64,000 nucleotides of DNA, from positions 16,616,001-16,680,000 of the forward strand of contig OZ004614.1 in the NCBI GenBank assembly GCA_963924565.1, read 5' to 3'. Source of the DNA: Ascidiella aspersa (lineage: Eukaryota). Below are positions 51,750-64,000 of the stretch, one piece after another (the stretch's first letter is position 1; every line of letters begins with the position of its first letter). The notes under the pieces were generated by a model. The model was not told the DNA's origin. It was given only the letters and a program-made list of their open reading frames with translations, and searched no databases. The position numbers and the translations under genes were made by a program.

Positions 51750-51922
51750 AACAAGGCCATTCATTAAAACCAAGACTAATTTAATTGTAACGTCATAAAC
51801 ACGACTGGTTTAATCTGGTAAATTTCATTAACAGTTAACACAATTGTTAGACTGTCGGTAGTTTTTTTTATGTTTTTTGTCAATTTTTTGTTTGACAAAT
51901 AGTACACGGTGAACCCCTTGGA

Positions 51923-52339
51923 CAGGGCTGCGGTCTGCGGAGTCGGTTTGAAACAACGCGAGTTCGACTCTTCGCGAGTTCGACTTCGACCAAATATGAG
52001 ATTTTGTCGAGTCCCGAGTCCGGCTCTTACTCTATATAGCCTGTAATTCACCCATTTACGTAAATAAAATACGGTGAATATTCAGGAATCCACTCATAGG
52101 GGTGTTGTATAATTCGTCCATCCACATTCCACAATACATGGTTTATAGAGATTATTCAAACATATATTTTACTCCACCTTTACAATTTACAGTTTGCAGC
52201 CTTATTCGTTTTGAAATTTGGTACTGCGCATGCGTACGTCGGACTCGAGCAGTTTTAGGAAGTTTTACTCGAGTCCCGAGTCCGACTCCAGCAAAACAAA
52301 TCGACTCCGTCGAGCCTCAAGTCCGACTCAGCAGCCCTA
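51923..52339. mobile_element. hAT-type MITE (cagggct.cggagt family), copy 2
   Basis: cagggctgcgg...gcagcccta, flanked by cccttgg on both sides. Inverted homolog of 37892-38249. Confidence 0.75.
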
Positions 52340-55300
52340 TACCCTTGGGTCGCGACCCTCAGGTTGGGAACCACTGGTTTAAGCCAAAAGTTTTAATTAA
52401 AAAAACAAACGCGAAATATTTGCACGACTTTGCGTCGTGCCAAAAAGTTCGTGCGGTCCCCTGGCTTTATTTCTGCGTGTGACTACAGCCTTGTGGGTAA
52501 AATGGTAAATTTTTCACCTCGATTTCCTAGTTCAGGATTGTTCAAACCTAGGCCATTGTTCGTTGTTAGTGGCTCGCGAAGCACTGTTGAACTATATTGT
52601 AATGTGTATACCTTTGAGGTTTTATCAACGAAATATAAGTGACTAACGAACAGCACTCATATTCAAATTGTTTGGTTATTTCTTATGACTTATGATTAGC
52701 CTACATATTTTTGTTACACTATTAAAATCGCTCACCAAGTTTGGATCCAGTGAATGGCAAAAGCCTAATTTTTGGCTTATGTGTTGACCGGTTTAAGGAA
52801 AGGCCCAGTGTGTCCTAAATGACACTTTTTAAATGTTGTTTTGCGAAACTTGTTATATTGCGTTTATTCCTGTAGCGCACAAATGTCTTTTTAATATAAA
52901 CATAATTATAAAAAATAGCCTACGACGCTCTATTTTTGCCACTTTTAAGAAAGTAAAATATATCGCGCTTTCTGAAAGCATTTTTTTTGGTTTTATCTGT
53001 GACTATAGGCCAGTGGTTCACAACCGGGGTGCCGCTCTAGAAAAGAGTGCAATTTTAACGCTTAAGGGTGCCAAGAGATATTTCAAATTCTTTAGGATTC
53101 TAATTTTTGCTTTATTGGTAAGCTTCTTAATGCAATTTTTTGTGTATGATAAAAGTGCAAAATTATAAAAAGGGTTTTTTACACCCTTGTTGCACAATTA
53201 ATGCGCTGTTTCAATCTCGTGGGGGAGCTATGTGTCAAAAAAAAAAAACTTCTGGCATGCAAACGATAGGTAGACGTGAATTTTTTTTGCACAGATATGT
53301 TCACTTTGACGTTTTATCTTGATTTTTGCCCGAACCCAACTTGATTTTGATGTACTTCTCCCGGTATGACCCCATTAACCCCTACATTTTAGCTTCAGCA
53401 AAATTAGCTGCGAATAGTCTCAAACAAACGAGAATAAAAATTATTTCTAAAAATATAATTTTTTTAATTTTATGTCGTATAATTTTAAAGTTATGGCTAT
53501 TTTACTATTTGATGACGTCATCGATAGATTGGGAATTTCGTCTTATTAATCAAGATATCCCTCATTCTTATCACTTTTATAGATTTGATTTCGCGTTTTT
53601 GTTTTCTGGAATTCTTTTTACATCTCCAGAGTTATGACGTCATAGTGACGTCATCGGTTGTCGAAATTGCGCATCTTTTCAAAATTGCTTCACAGCAGAC
53701 GTTAATTTTTTCGTCTTATGGTTTAAACATCTAGACAAAAATATATGTTCATTAAATGCAGACTAAAATATTTAAAATTCACCCAAGTTAGTCGCATGTA
53801 GGCTGTAACTAAAGCAACTCTCTATGTGCGCGGCAAAAGTCGTAGCAGACAAGTGTAATTGTTGCAAAACAATTCTTAATCATACCAACGTGACGCAAGT
53901 AAAACTTTATGAATAAAGATTGTTTTGTAATAGATGCTTCCCATTCGAGTTCAACAACTGCATTAGTGTAGCGGTGTAGCCTATGGGTTACATTGCACTT
54001 TTAAACAAGAAACTGAAAGAGCAAAAGTTCCAACATTGGTGCACGCTCATAGCCTTATTTAGGGAAAAAAAGCTGGAAGTAGGTGAAGGGCCGCACAAAA
54101 AATGGCAAAGGGCCGCATGCGGCCCGCCCCTGCTCTAATCCTTTTCAAGATATAACTTTTATCAAATTAATAATTTGAATTTTTTTTTTCCGTAAAACGA
54201 TAACTGTTTTGTAATTGGCACTACGTAACACCTATATAAACTCAACAAACTATTTTATTTGCACATTTGTTCACAATTTCGGCGATAGAAGCAGGTTTCT
54301 GAAGCCAATAAGTTTTTCGACTTTACTTTTTAACGAAGCTTTGTTAGGTCATCTTTAAACATTTTAATGCGCGACCAAACGAAAATCTCGGCCCGCCCAT
54401 AACACGTATGTAGCCTACTGTATGTGGCCCACAAAGAACATGCAAAACATATTGTCGCCCGCCATGCTGACAACCTTGGACCACCCTGTTCCAGTTGTTC
54501 AAATGTACAGTCTATCGAACTGACCTATACAATTTGAAATGCTGAGCAGTTTGTTCAGTTTCGATTTAATGAAGTCAGAAAGAACGGTAGTTGTCTTCCT
54601 GTTGAAATATACACCTGTGCTGGTCTTGATAAAAAGGCGGGTTTTCAAGCTTAAGTTCGAGTGTTAGCATGCAATTCTAATCATATGAAATGCAGGATGG
54701 ATTTGTAATTATGTTTTTTGGCTTTAAAAAGATCGTATAAAACTCATGTGGGTGAGATAATTTTTCAGCCTAATTTTAACTTCCCAAGTACGCTATTTGT
54801 AATATTATAAGCTTTTGGCCAATAATTACGGGATTTAGTTGAGGCACAGCACCCAGGAATGTTTATTTTTCTTGTGAAGTGGGTATAACGCATTTTGTGG
54901 TATTTAAAAAATACGCATGTGCGGCATTTTACAAATTTGTTTATTTTCATGCTGTTATATAGAAAAATACAACTGTTGAAAAATAACAAACACCACTCAA
55001 ACGTCATAATATTTTTAGGCATGGTAAAGCATTTATCTTTTTCACTATTATTTACGAATAAATGCGTTCAACTTTCAGTTGATGGCTACCATGATGCACT
55101 TTATATTAGTCACACAACAGAGTAAAGTAAACTGATAGAAGCATCAAAGTGGATAAGTGTAAAACATTGATATATAAAACACTATAAAAATTTACCAAGG
55201 TGAAATTTTTCTAAAATATAGCTTTGATTTAAATTAAAAGGACTAAAACAGTTAATGCTGCTCTCAGAGCAATTAATGTTAACATTGTAAATAACTATAT

Positions 55301-55689
55301 CTAAAAACCACTGACAAATAAACAAAAATAGTTGGAGCATAATCATAGATTGTGTATGTTCATACACTATTAACGCCAAATATATATATTTTTTAAAAGT
55401 TAACGTATATGCATATAATTGAGCTCTAAAAAAACCCAGCCATGTTCTTGACACATTTAACAGAGTGGTGTTACGATGCAATGACCAACTTTTTCAAAGT
55501 AAGCCCTGGTTAATTTACCTGGAGAAAATTGTTTACAAATGCTCACATTCTGCTGACCTTGATACAATAATTGTTTCAATCAAATAAAATTATTCTTTTT
55601 TGAGTTGTATCACAAAATGAAAAAACATATATGATTTTGTGCATTTACACAATATACTAAAATGGATCCACAATTGGTATTATTAAGTT

Positions 55690-57519
55690 TTAGGAGTTAG
55701 ATTTTGCTTTGCCAGCAGCCTGTATTATTTGCATCATACATCTACCAAACTCTTCAAGAATCATCATTTCTGCCACTGGAAGCGACCGGTTTGTTTTTTC
55801 TGCTTCCTCCGCTTGAGCCAACAAACACGTACAAGTTGCCTCTATAACTTCTTGTGTAAAAAAAGTACTTGGAAGTCGTTCACCAGAGGGTGCTGTGTGA
55901 GGTCGGTGGTGACTTGAGCGGATTTCTCCGATATGTGAGGAAATCTTTACTCTTGCTGCTGCTTGTTGCTGGCAACGAACTGCAGCTGCATCAGCTAGAT
56001 GCATTAACGAAAGTGGCTCCCCTTGGGATGACCCATCCTCTTCTAAATTCTTACACCCAATGCACTTGCACTTTGAAGTACAAGGAATTCTAGCCTCATA
56101 ACATTCACAATAGTTTTTAAGGCACCCGGATCGTTTGCAATTGCAGCCTTTCTGGTGAGTTCGACTGCTGTCACCACCTCTTCCAATCTTTGGTTTAAAT
56201 GCCAATGGATTTCTATCTAGACACTGTTTAATGGCTTTAGATCGTTCAGCATCAAACTCCAAGTTATTGTGGCAGTTGATGCAGTTGCATCCATCACAAA
56301 AATGACCGTTGGTAAAACACTCACAATATAACTTGAGGCACATAGACTTAGTGCAGTTACATGGCTTTCTTACTTTCCCATTGACCTGCACCGATGATTT
56401 AGGAAAAGATTGGGTGGGTTGTTCCGAAGTTGCAACCTTGTTACTGTCATTATTGTAAATCTGATTACTAAATTGCTTTTTAAGTTGTTCAACATACTTA
56501 GCAGACACCATAGCATATCCAACATTTCCAGCCTGCAATATTGTACCTGGCGATAAGTTGACTATTGAGGTCTGAGGTTGGGGCATAACATTAGTTGCTG
56601 GCATTATAAGTCGCTGCGTTTTAGCCTGTGGTTGTTGAACTATTCTTTGCACAGGTTGCACATTAACAAACTGTTGCAGTTTGGGCTGGTTGTTGACAGC
56701 AGCAATGGCAAACTGGGAGCCACTCTGTGCAGGAAGAATGTTGGTGAGACCCTGATGAGTCCTTTCATTTCCAGCTGGAACAATTTTAAAGACCTGCTGT
56801 TGAGGGTTGACAGTGGTTTGTATTCTTTGTTGGCTATTTGTTCCAACATTAGCAGGATGATTTGGCATTAGAGTTTGAAATTGGAACTTAGATTGGAGTT
56901 GGGGGCTTGCAGTTGCACCCAATGAAGAGTTAAGGTTTATCGTTTTAACAGAATTTGAAACAATGCCAGAGCTTGGTGACACCATTGAAACTTTGATGGA
57001 GTTTTTTGCTGGGGAAATTGGAATTTTAAAATTTCCTTTGCCAGGTGAAGCAAATGTAAAGTTATTACCTTGCACAGTAAGGGTCTGAACACCAGAAACA
57101 TTTGAATTAACAACAAAATTGCCAAATGATTGTGGCTGCTGTGGCTGTGGTTGTTGTTGTGAAACAATGGTTGCTGGTGAATTGCCTGCTGGGTTCTTTT
57201 TCATCACAAACCTTGTCACAACAGGATTGCCAACTGGTTGTTGGGTAAAAACTTGAAGGGGCTGCGTGGCCAGTACAACTTTACTGTCTGGGACTTTATA
57301 GACAGACTGCTGTTGAGTTGCACTTTGACACACAGCTGTCTGAATTTGAGGATTCCCGGTGGCATTTTGTGATTGATCTTCCATCAGCATAGTTTCCAAG
57401 GCATCATCTGTAATGTCTTGGATATTTTCTGTTTCTTCTTCCACCTTAATTTCTTTTTCTTGTCCACTGTCAAGGCTATACATCTCCTCAAGGCTTGTGA
57501 CATTGTCAAATGATTCCAT
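55690..57519 (-). CDS. LIN54: LIN-54/tesmin family (MuvB/DREAM DNA-binding subunit), 609 aa, uninterrupted ORF
   Basis: Two CXC domains (KPCNCTKSMCLKLYCECF...; KGCNCKRSGCLKNYCECYEA...), RNPLAFKPK hinge, SLMHLADAA motif, C-terminal CLLAQAEEAE...ILEEFGRC, and a Q-rich N-terminus. An acceptor tttcag at 57589 suggests a 5' UTR intron. Confidence 0.96.
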   Translation of the reverse strand: MESFDNVTSLEEMYSLDSGQEKEIKVEEETENIQDITDDALETMLMEDQSQNATGNPQIQTAVCQSATQQQSVYKVPDSKVVLATQPLQVFTQQPVGNPVVTRFVMKKNPAGNSPATIVSQQQPQPQQPQSFGNFVVNSNVSGVQTLTVQGNNFTFASPGKGNFKIPISPAKNSIKVSMVSPSSGIVSNSVKTINLNSSLGATASPQLQSKFQFQTLMPNHPANVGTNSQQRIQTTVNPQQQVFKIVPAGNERTHQGLTNILPAQSGSQFAIAAVNNQPKLQQFVNVQPVQRIVQQPQAKTQRLIMPATNVMPQPQTSIVNLSPGTILQAGNVGYAMVSAKYVEQLKKQFSNQIYNNDSNKVATSEQPTQSFPKSSVQVNGKVRKPCNCTKSMCLKLYCECFTNGHFCDGCNCINCHNNLEFDAERSKAIKQCLDRNPLAFKPKIGRGGDSSRTHQKGCNCKRSGCLKNYCECYEARIPCTSKCKCIGCKNLEEDGSSQGEPLSLMHLADAAAVRCQQQAAARVKISSHIGEIRSSHHRPHTAPSGERLPSTFFTQEVIEATCTCLLAQAEEAEKTNRSLPVAEMMILEEFGRCMMQIIQAAGKAKSNS

Positions 57520-60500
57520 GGTGCCAGGGTTTATTAGTTGTTAAATAAAAAACAAAACAAAACTGAGACTAACCAAAACCGCCATTACCTGAAAGAAATT
57601 AGGACCATAAAATAGAAAAATAGTGAAAACAAAAATAGTGATATTTTCAAACTTGAAATTAGGTTTTCAATGGAAAAAATATTCTAAATGACGGATATCA
57701 AATTTTTAAATGACGGATATCAATTGATCAGTTTGTTAACATTAGTTTATATGTATTTTATATAAAGGTCCATTACACTACTTCAAAAATAACTGGATTC
57801 TTTTAAAGTATGTATAGTTAAAAATGTCATATGTGGTTAAGCAATTTTACCACAAAATCTTTCAAAAAAATTTCTTCGGTAGTATTTGTACCAACTGCAA
57901 TTATGACAAAATACTGATATATGTAGTTTGGTAAACATTGAGTAGTTCAGTAAAACAGAAGGTAATCCATAACAAATAATCTCAAAACGTTCTCATTTGA
58001 CAGCTATGTTATTCTGTATATATTTTGCATAACACATACATAGTGACTGCTACTGTTTCTTTCATGAATGTTGTTATTTTCGTACAGGACAGGTATAGGC
58101 TATGATAAATTAAAGATAAAACTAGCAAAATTAAGCATGATATAATCATATATGTTTATATATACTTCCCAACTCATGTTACTAAGCAGGGTTTCTTAGA
58201 TCATTAGGGGCCACAAGAATGTCAAATTTTAATTATTTGTAAGGTAAAACTTATAATATGTGTTTTTATGTTGACTTAAAAAGATCCCTTGTTACAAATT
58301 TGGCTCACATAAAGGGTTCACAAATTACTGAGAGCACATGGAGAAGGCCACCACTCAGTTAATGCTAAGAACCAATAAATTAAACAATCAACATTTTTAG
58401 AAAAAAACAAGCTTATTTTACTTATTTTTTTAAATGTGTATGTGTATGCAACACCTTGAGCCAGTGTTGTACATAGAATATGTGTTGTATTTTTGATTGT
58501 GAATCATCGCTCTTAATTAAACTGAAAGGTTTCCTTTTATTTAATTTTGGCCTTGTAAATAGAACATATATACAATATGATAAAGATACACCATAGTAAA
58601 CCGAAAATCAGTTTGTTTGTATGTTATAAAGATAAATATATTGCGCTATAAAGCATCATCAGTATCTCAATTCGAATGAAGATTTTTTTGTTTTCACCAT
58701 TCGGATTCAGGCAGATTTTGTTATTTGAAAGAATACTTTGATTATATACAATATGTTAAGAAATATTATAAATTATTATATGTTCACAAATTTGTGGACT
58801 CAGATTAAATGATGTTAGTTTAAGTTTTAAAGTGCTTGACCTTTGATTTTGCAAGATTAATTTTTTATGAGTTTTAATTTAATGAATATTCAAGCTGACC
58901 CTTGAACATTTATTAAATATGACATAATAAAAGGCAATCAAGAAATTAAGAACAAAGTGGATTGTTTACATGTAACAAAGACAAAAAAACTACAGACACA
59001 TTTTGAAACAACAAACATATTATTATAGAAGGCCATTGTAAACAGCTAAAAAAACATTTCTCAAAAAAGTTTTTCTAAACCTTAACTACCTAAATTTCTA
59101 AGTCAAACTTCTGCACCTAATTTATCTTTGACCACATAACAATAGATTTTACCACAGGAATCAAATAAATTACCCACAGGAATCAAATAAAAATGCATAA
59201 AAACTGATTAAAATAACGAAAATTTAAAGGTTTTCAAAAGTTAAATCGGGTTTGGGTGGTATAAGGAAATATATTTTGATAAATAACATAATTCTTATAG
59301 TAACCCCTCAGCTTAACCATTTTAAGAATCACTCAGCACATATATGCTTGATCAAAAATCTGGCGTATCATTGGGTTACGTATTTGACAAAATTGGGCGC
59401 AGGTCTGGAATCATATCACTTCTATAAGAACGAGGGGGCCGGGGTTTATATTGCTAAGATTGTTTGAGTTAGGGTGCATTTGCGATTGGACGAGTCAAGT
59501 ATTATTCTTCCATATTTATTTCTTCCTTACAATTTTAATTTTAACAACTTGTTTCGTTACTGACTGTAAAAAAGTGGTAGAATTTGTGACCAGCGCCCCA
59601 GTTTGTGTATAATTGCACCAAACGAGGTAAAGACATAAATAGATACAAGACATATACCAGGTTGAAAAGTAAGGCCTGTGCGGGGGATAAATGATAAATC
59701 GCCCGCGCAGTTTTTCGCCCAGCCGCGCATTTTGTGTAAAATCGCTTAAACGCACAAAACTTTCGTCGCGCTAACGGTTTTCAGTATAGTACTCCATTTT
59801 CAGTCGTGCAAATTTTACAAATAACATTATTACAGCTGCGCAATTTCAAGATGTAAAATCGTCTCCCCCGCGCAAAATCCAAAGTTTCCAATCTCTCAAA
59901 TATAAGCAAAATTACAATAAAAAAGTCTATAAACAACGAGGTGTTAGCGTAAACTAAACTGTCACAATAGCCTTTGCAAAATGCTCTAACATTGAATACA
60001 TAAATATGTGTTCAAGTAAGCCTAAAATGGGCAGTATACAATGACTTAATAACGTACTAATAATGCAGTTCAAGTGCATCCAACTTAACCCAATCTGATA
60101 TTCCCGCCCTTGCGAAACCAACAAATACAGATTGTTTAACATTTCTATGAGGGTCGCAACGGATAGTAAATTAGCTACAGCGGATATTTGTCAAGTGATG
60201 GTTACGTCATTCATGAGATGACGGGTAAAATATTTAAGAAAGAATTCATAAAACTAAAAAATATTATTTTTATTCAAACACCAAACATGTTTTTCGATAA
60301 TGTATAAGCCTAATGGAAATCCATAAAAGAAGTTCAATAACTAGAGAGAGAGAGAAGCATTTTTATTGTTGCAATTAGGGAGTCGAGCCGAACACGAACG
60401 GAAGTTTTATGAAATGACTTTAAGCTAATTTAACCTTACCTTAATCGAACCTAAACCGTTCGGCATGGAAAGTTTTTGTGTAGATGACGTCACAAAGTTT

Positions 60501-63079
60501 ATCTATACGTGACGTCATAATAAAGAAGTTACAAAGTAATCTTTAGAAAATTACATAGATCGTTCATTTGTTGTTTTAGGTTGGATAGGTGTTGCTTTAA
60601 TTACAAAAGCTAAATTACAAAGAAGTTACTGATTCGCGCAATGCAAAACAACGCATTTATTTTGTTTAAGTTGCCACAGATTTGTTTTACCGGAACTCCT
60701 GAAAATTTTTAGACATGACGTCACAAAGTTACCTGATAACGTGACTGTATAAAGTTTTTTTGTAGTACCATGTGTAGAGGAACGACTCATGTCTGTTTGT
60801 GCTTGTAATTACGCTATATAGTGTCACGCTACTGCTGGATAAAACACGACAGCCAACAATGCGCACGCCTTACTGGCAACACGTGTTTTTACTGCGCTGT
60901 AAGCTCTTTTATTGAAAGCGAGCTATACTAAAGTATGTGAATGTACAATAAATCTATAGGCGACCTGACAGTATGCACTTTGAAATGCTACGACAGTTTG
61001 TTTAGTTTCGATTTAGTGGAGTTCAGATAGCACGGTGGTCATGTCTCACTGTTGAAATATACACATGCTTAAACTAGACAAACGTATACATTTGAGACAT
61101 GGCCTCGTGAAAAGTAAATATTTTTAACGGTACGCTGTTCCGGTAGCAATTTATTTTTGTTGCAGGCCGTTCCGGATCGTTCCGGCTTACGTTCACAACT
61201 GGTTTGGGACATTTTAGGTTTTGTCCCGACTATGTAGCAATTATTCCAGCGCTATGGAATCTCTTGTTGTAGGTCACTTTCATATCATGGCACTCCGTAA
61301 TCTAAGTTTTGAAAACTTAACCATGTAGTTTTTCGCGCTTAATATGCCCCGTCATTTAAATAAAAACAAAATAAACAACCCTATATAAATCATTATTTTT
61401 TCAACTTAAACTATAGATGCTAAAAAAAGTTATGCGACTGCTATTCCTTCAAATGATAAGAATACATCGATGAAACAAACCGCCGTGCATGATTTCTGGA
61501 ATTGTTTAGGCTATCGGATATCTTAATTCGAACAATGGCCTTGAGAAACACATAAAAGCCAGAAAAAAGAAGTTGGCAGATCACAACAATTCGGAAGAGA
61601 ATAATAAATCGATTGATCTTGCGCTAGAATTTCGTTTCGAGTGAAAAACATTGAGTATCGGACGGCCGACAAGTATATTAAAGCAGGCGTTGATTAAAGT
61701 AAAGGGACGATCAAAAGTGTTCGTCTGGTCTAGTCCTTGCATGTAATTTATTGTAGAGCTGTTTTAACAAAGCGGATTTATGAGCTCATCGCTTTGGTGT
61801 AAAGGTCAGAAATTTTTGTCAACCCTAATATGTATCATAAATTTCTTCTCGATTTGGTTAAAACTTTGTCAGTAGAAATATCAATCCAAACAAGTTTAAA
61901 TAATATTTTTTTTCAATTCGTTAATTTTGTGTTTTAAATGAACGCTAAAACCCAAAAAGTGTTTGCCTTTCTTGCGTGATATAGTATTTGCTGTGAATAG
62001 TAAAATGCAAACATGATTTGGCTTTATAGTACAATCAACTTTTGCAGATATAAATGGGGAATTTCACTTAAGTTGTTAAGAATATACATTTACGCTGTGT
62101 TATGCGCGATTCATTCGAGCCAACAGTCTTAAAAAGCACGGCCTTTTGTAATTTACAGATTATAGGCTAAGTGCCGCCGGTTACAACCACGGGCTTCTCA
62201 TATGCATACGGGTTCTTTTACAGAGGCATAAAGCAAGTAAAAGCTAATACTATTACTATTACATGGTTTTAAGGGGCAGGGCGCCAAACCCCCCTAAGAA
62301 AACAGTTGTAAACAAAAGTTTAAAAGCGTAACAACGGCACAATACTTTCAGTCGAAAATTTATGTAACTATTTTCATATAAAATCGAATAAAAAACTTTT
62401 TATTCTGACATGGTATCTTCTTCTTTTTTAATACTTATGGCACGGAGCTGCGGCAATCTTACTGATTACTCTGATCACATGACGATCACTAAGGAAATTT
62501 CAAACACAAGTGTGTGTAAACCATTTGCCAACCATCGATAATTACACAATTACATTTAAAAGATAAGGTCATGCTATTCTTACACAGACTGAATTTGACT
62601 AGGGTTACTTTGCGCAACAAATAATAAAAAACAGATCGCGAATTAAATTTATTAACAGTTTCTACAGCAAGCCTAACAAAATGTACAGATTAAATTGCCC
62701 TTTTTGCCGAAAATAGACCGCTCTTTCACCAACTAAAATATAACCTCCTATAATACAAAAATCATACTATACGAAACATAGAACTTAAATGTAACAGAAA
62801 ATATTCTAAAATAACAAACTATTTTTAAAACAGTGTTTATCTGCGAAACAATACGGTAAATGTCAACCCCTAAACGTAAATGTAATATAGGCAAAATCAA
62901 TTACAAATATGTGCACATCTTATAGTAAATCAGTTGCACAGTGGTATGGTTTACAGTAAAGATATAGCTTAGTGCGAAGTACCTCAAAATGTAAATACGA
63001 CGAAAGCTCAAAATTGGAGTACCGTTTGCGCCTTTAACTTTCATTTGGTGATTTTTTAAAGTTTATTTACAGTTTTGGT

Positions 63080-63238
63080 TTATTGCTGATGTAGCAGAAG
63101 TGCTGCTCCGGACTGAACCCAAGTGGTAAGCTGACCACCACAGGGAACGTCGAGACACGTAACAATGCTCTCCCGCGTTGAACTGGTGTAAATCGGAAGA
63201 GAGATCGTCTCTCCAGACGAGTAAGGGGTTGGAGAATC
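63080..63238 (-). CDS. DYNC2H1: Cytoplasmic dynein-2 heavy chain, last coding exon
   Basis: DSPTPYSSGETISLPIYTSSTRESIVTCLDVPCGGQLTTWVQSGAALLLHQQ* matches the DYNC2H1 C-terminus as recalled (ISLPVYTS...DVPCGG...W.Q.GAAL.L). Acceptor actacag. AATAAA overlaps the stop codon. Confidence 0.92.
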   Translation of the reverse strand, partial: DSPTPYSSGETISLPIYTSSTRESIVTCLDVPCGGQLTTWVQSGAALLLHQQ

Positions 63239-63636
63239 CTGTAGTATAATAGGGAGAGGGATAAGAAACAAAAAAGAAGGTAGAGATTCATGGAAAAGAA
63301 CATAACAACCGGCACTTGTTCAACAGTAGAACGCTCAGTATTTTGTGTCACCCTAAAGCTCAATTAACATGTGAACAGTCTTATTTTATTGATCTATGAC
63401 TATGATAACGCACAAAAATACAGTGAAAATCCTAACGTTTATGTTTGAACCTTGTGCGCTATTTCGTAGCTCTTGAAACCCTGCTTTTAATCGCTTAATA
63501 AACAAGTGTTTTTACTAATTTAGAGAGGCCTGAACACTATGGGCGCGTACCCATCCTTGCATACAAAGTTTTTTTAAAGCACGTTATACAATGTTGATTT
63601 TGACAATGCATTTGTTAAACATTGGTACAAGCGGAC

Positions 63637-63753
63637 CTTCGGAATCCAGGCCACATAGCAAGGAGGAACAGCTGAAACTGTAGGAGAGTCACGTTGATTC
63701 TCAGAGAGGCGGCTTCCGTCGAAAGTACAACCCTCAAGCTGAAGGCTGCCAAT
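63637..63753 (-). CDS. DYNC2H1: Cytoplasmic dynein-2 heavy chain, penultimate exon (117 bp), not in the ORF track
   Basis: ttttttag|IGSLQLEGCTFDGSRLSENQRDSPTVSAVPPCYVAWIPK|gtccgc. Phase 0 on both sides. Matches the DYNC2H1 segment LEGCSFDG..LSENQ.DSP.VS. Confidence 0.92.
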
Positions 63754-64000
63754 CTAAAAAAAAGTCTTGTAACTTGAATATCTATTTAAGGGTGATAAAA
63801 TGCAATACTGGTAATACTGGTATATTTCAAACCTTACCATAAATAAAGCCATATATAAAACAAAATAACTAAAAAAGACTAATAGTATGCAAACAACCCC
63901 TTCTTTTTGCAAGAAAATGTAAAAAAAATATCGTTTTCGAGACAGAGCAATGGTAATCGGTGTTTGGTTTAACTTTAACCTTACATTAAATAACTACCTT

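Noticed and set aside
62910-63307. TG...CA solo-LTR-like segment with AATAAA
   Set aside because: No TSD, and the segment is explained by the DYNC2H1 last exon and poly(A) signals.

Overview
AT-rich eukaryotic (animal) genomic DNA with canonical GT-AG introns; gene content and repeat style suggest an invertebrate chordate, probably an ascidian (inference, not proven). Four protein-coding genes lie in tandem on the minus strand. (1) The last two exons of cytoplasmic dynein-2 heavy chain (DYNC2H1, 63080-63753). (2) A LIN54/tesmin CXC-hinge-CXC gene with an intron-free CDS (55690-57519). (3) A 7-coding-exon proteolipid (PLP/DM20/M6) gene with long N- and C-terminal tails (29910-36343). (4) The 5' part of a Fat1/2/3-type giant cadherin (ATG 26392, five coding exons, including a 65-bp exon at 1566-1630 after a 14.5-kb intron; the gene continues past the left edge). 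The left ~28 kb (Fat) is CpG-rich and nearly free of recognisable transposons. The 30-62 kb region is dense in nested hAT-type MITEs with 8-bp TSDs and also holds a decayed Gypsy RT and a frameshifted Penelope-like element (RT + GIY-YIG) whose 3' end carries a degenerate minimal hammerhead ribozyme. Most notable hidden signals: the hammerhead relic, a cloverleaf tRNA-like element in the last PLP intron, a possible ancient chordate linkage of the four genes, and a sharp CpG mosaic. I see no clear evidence of a wholly new biological system.
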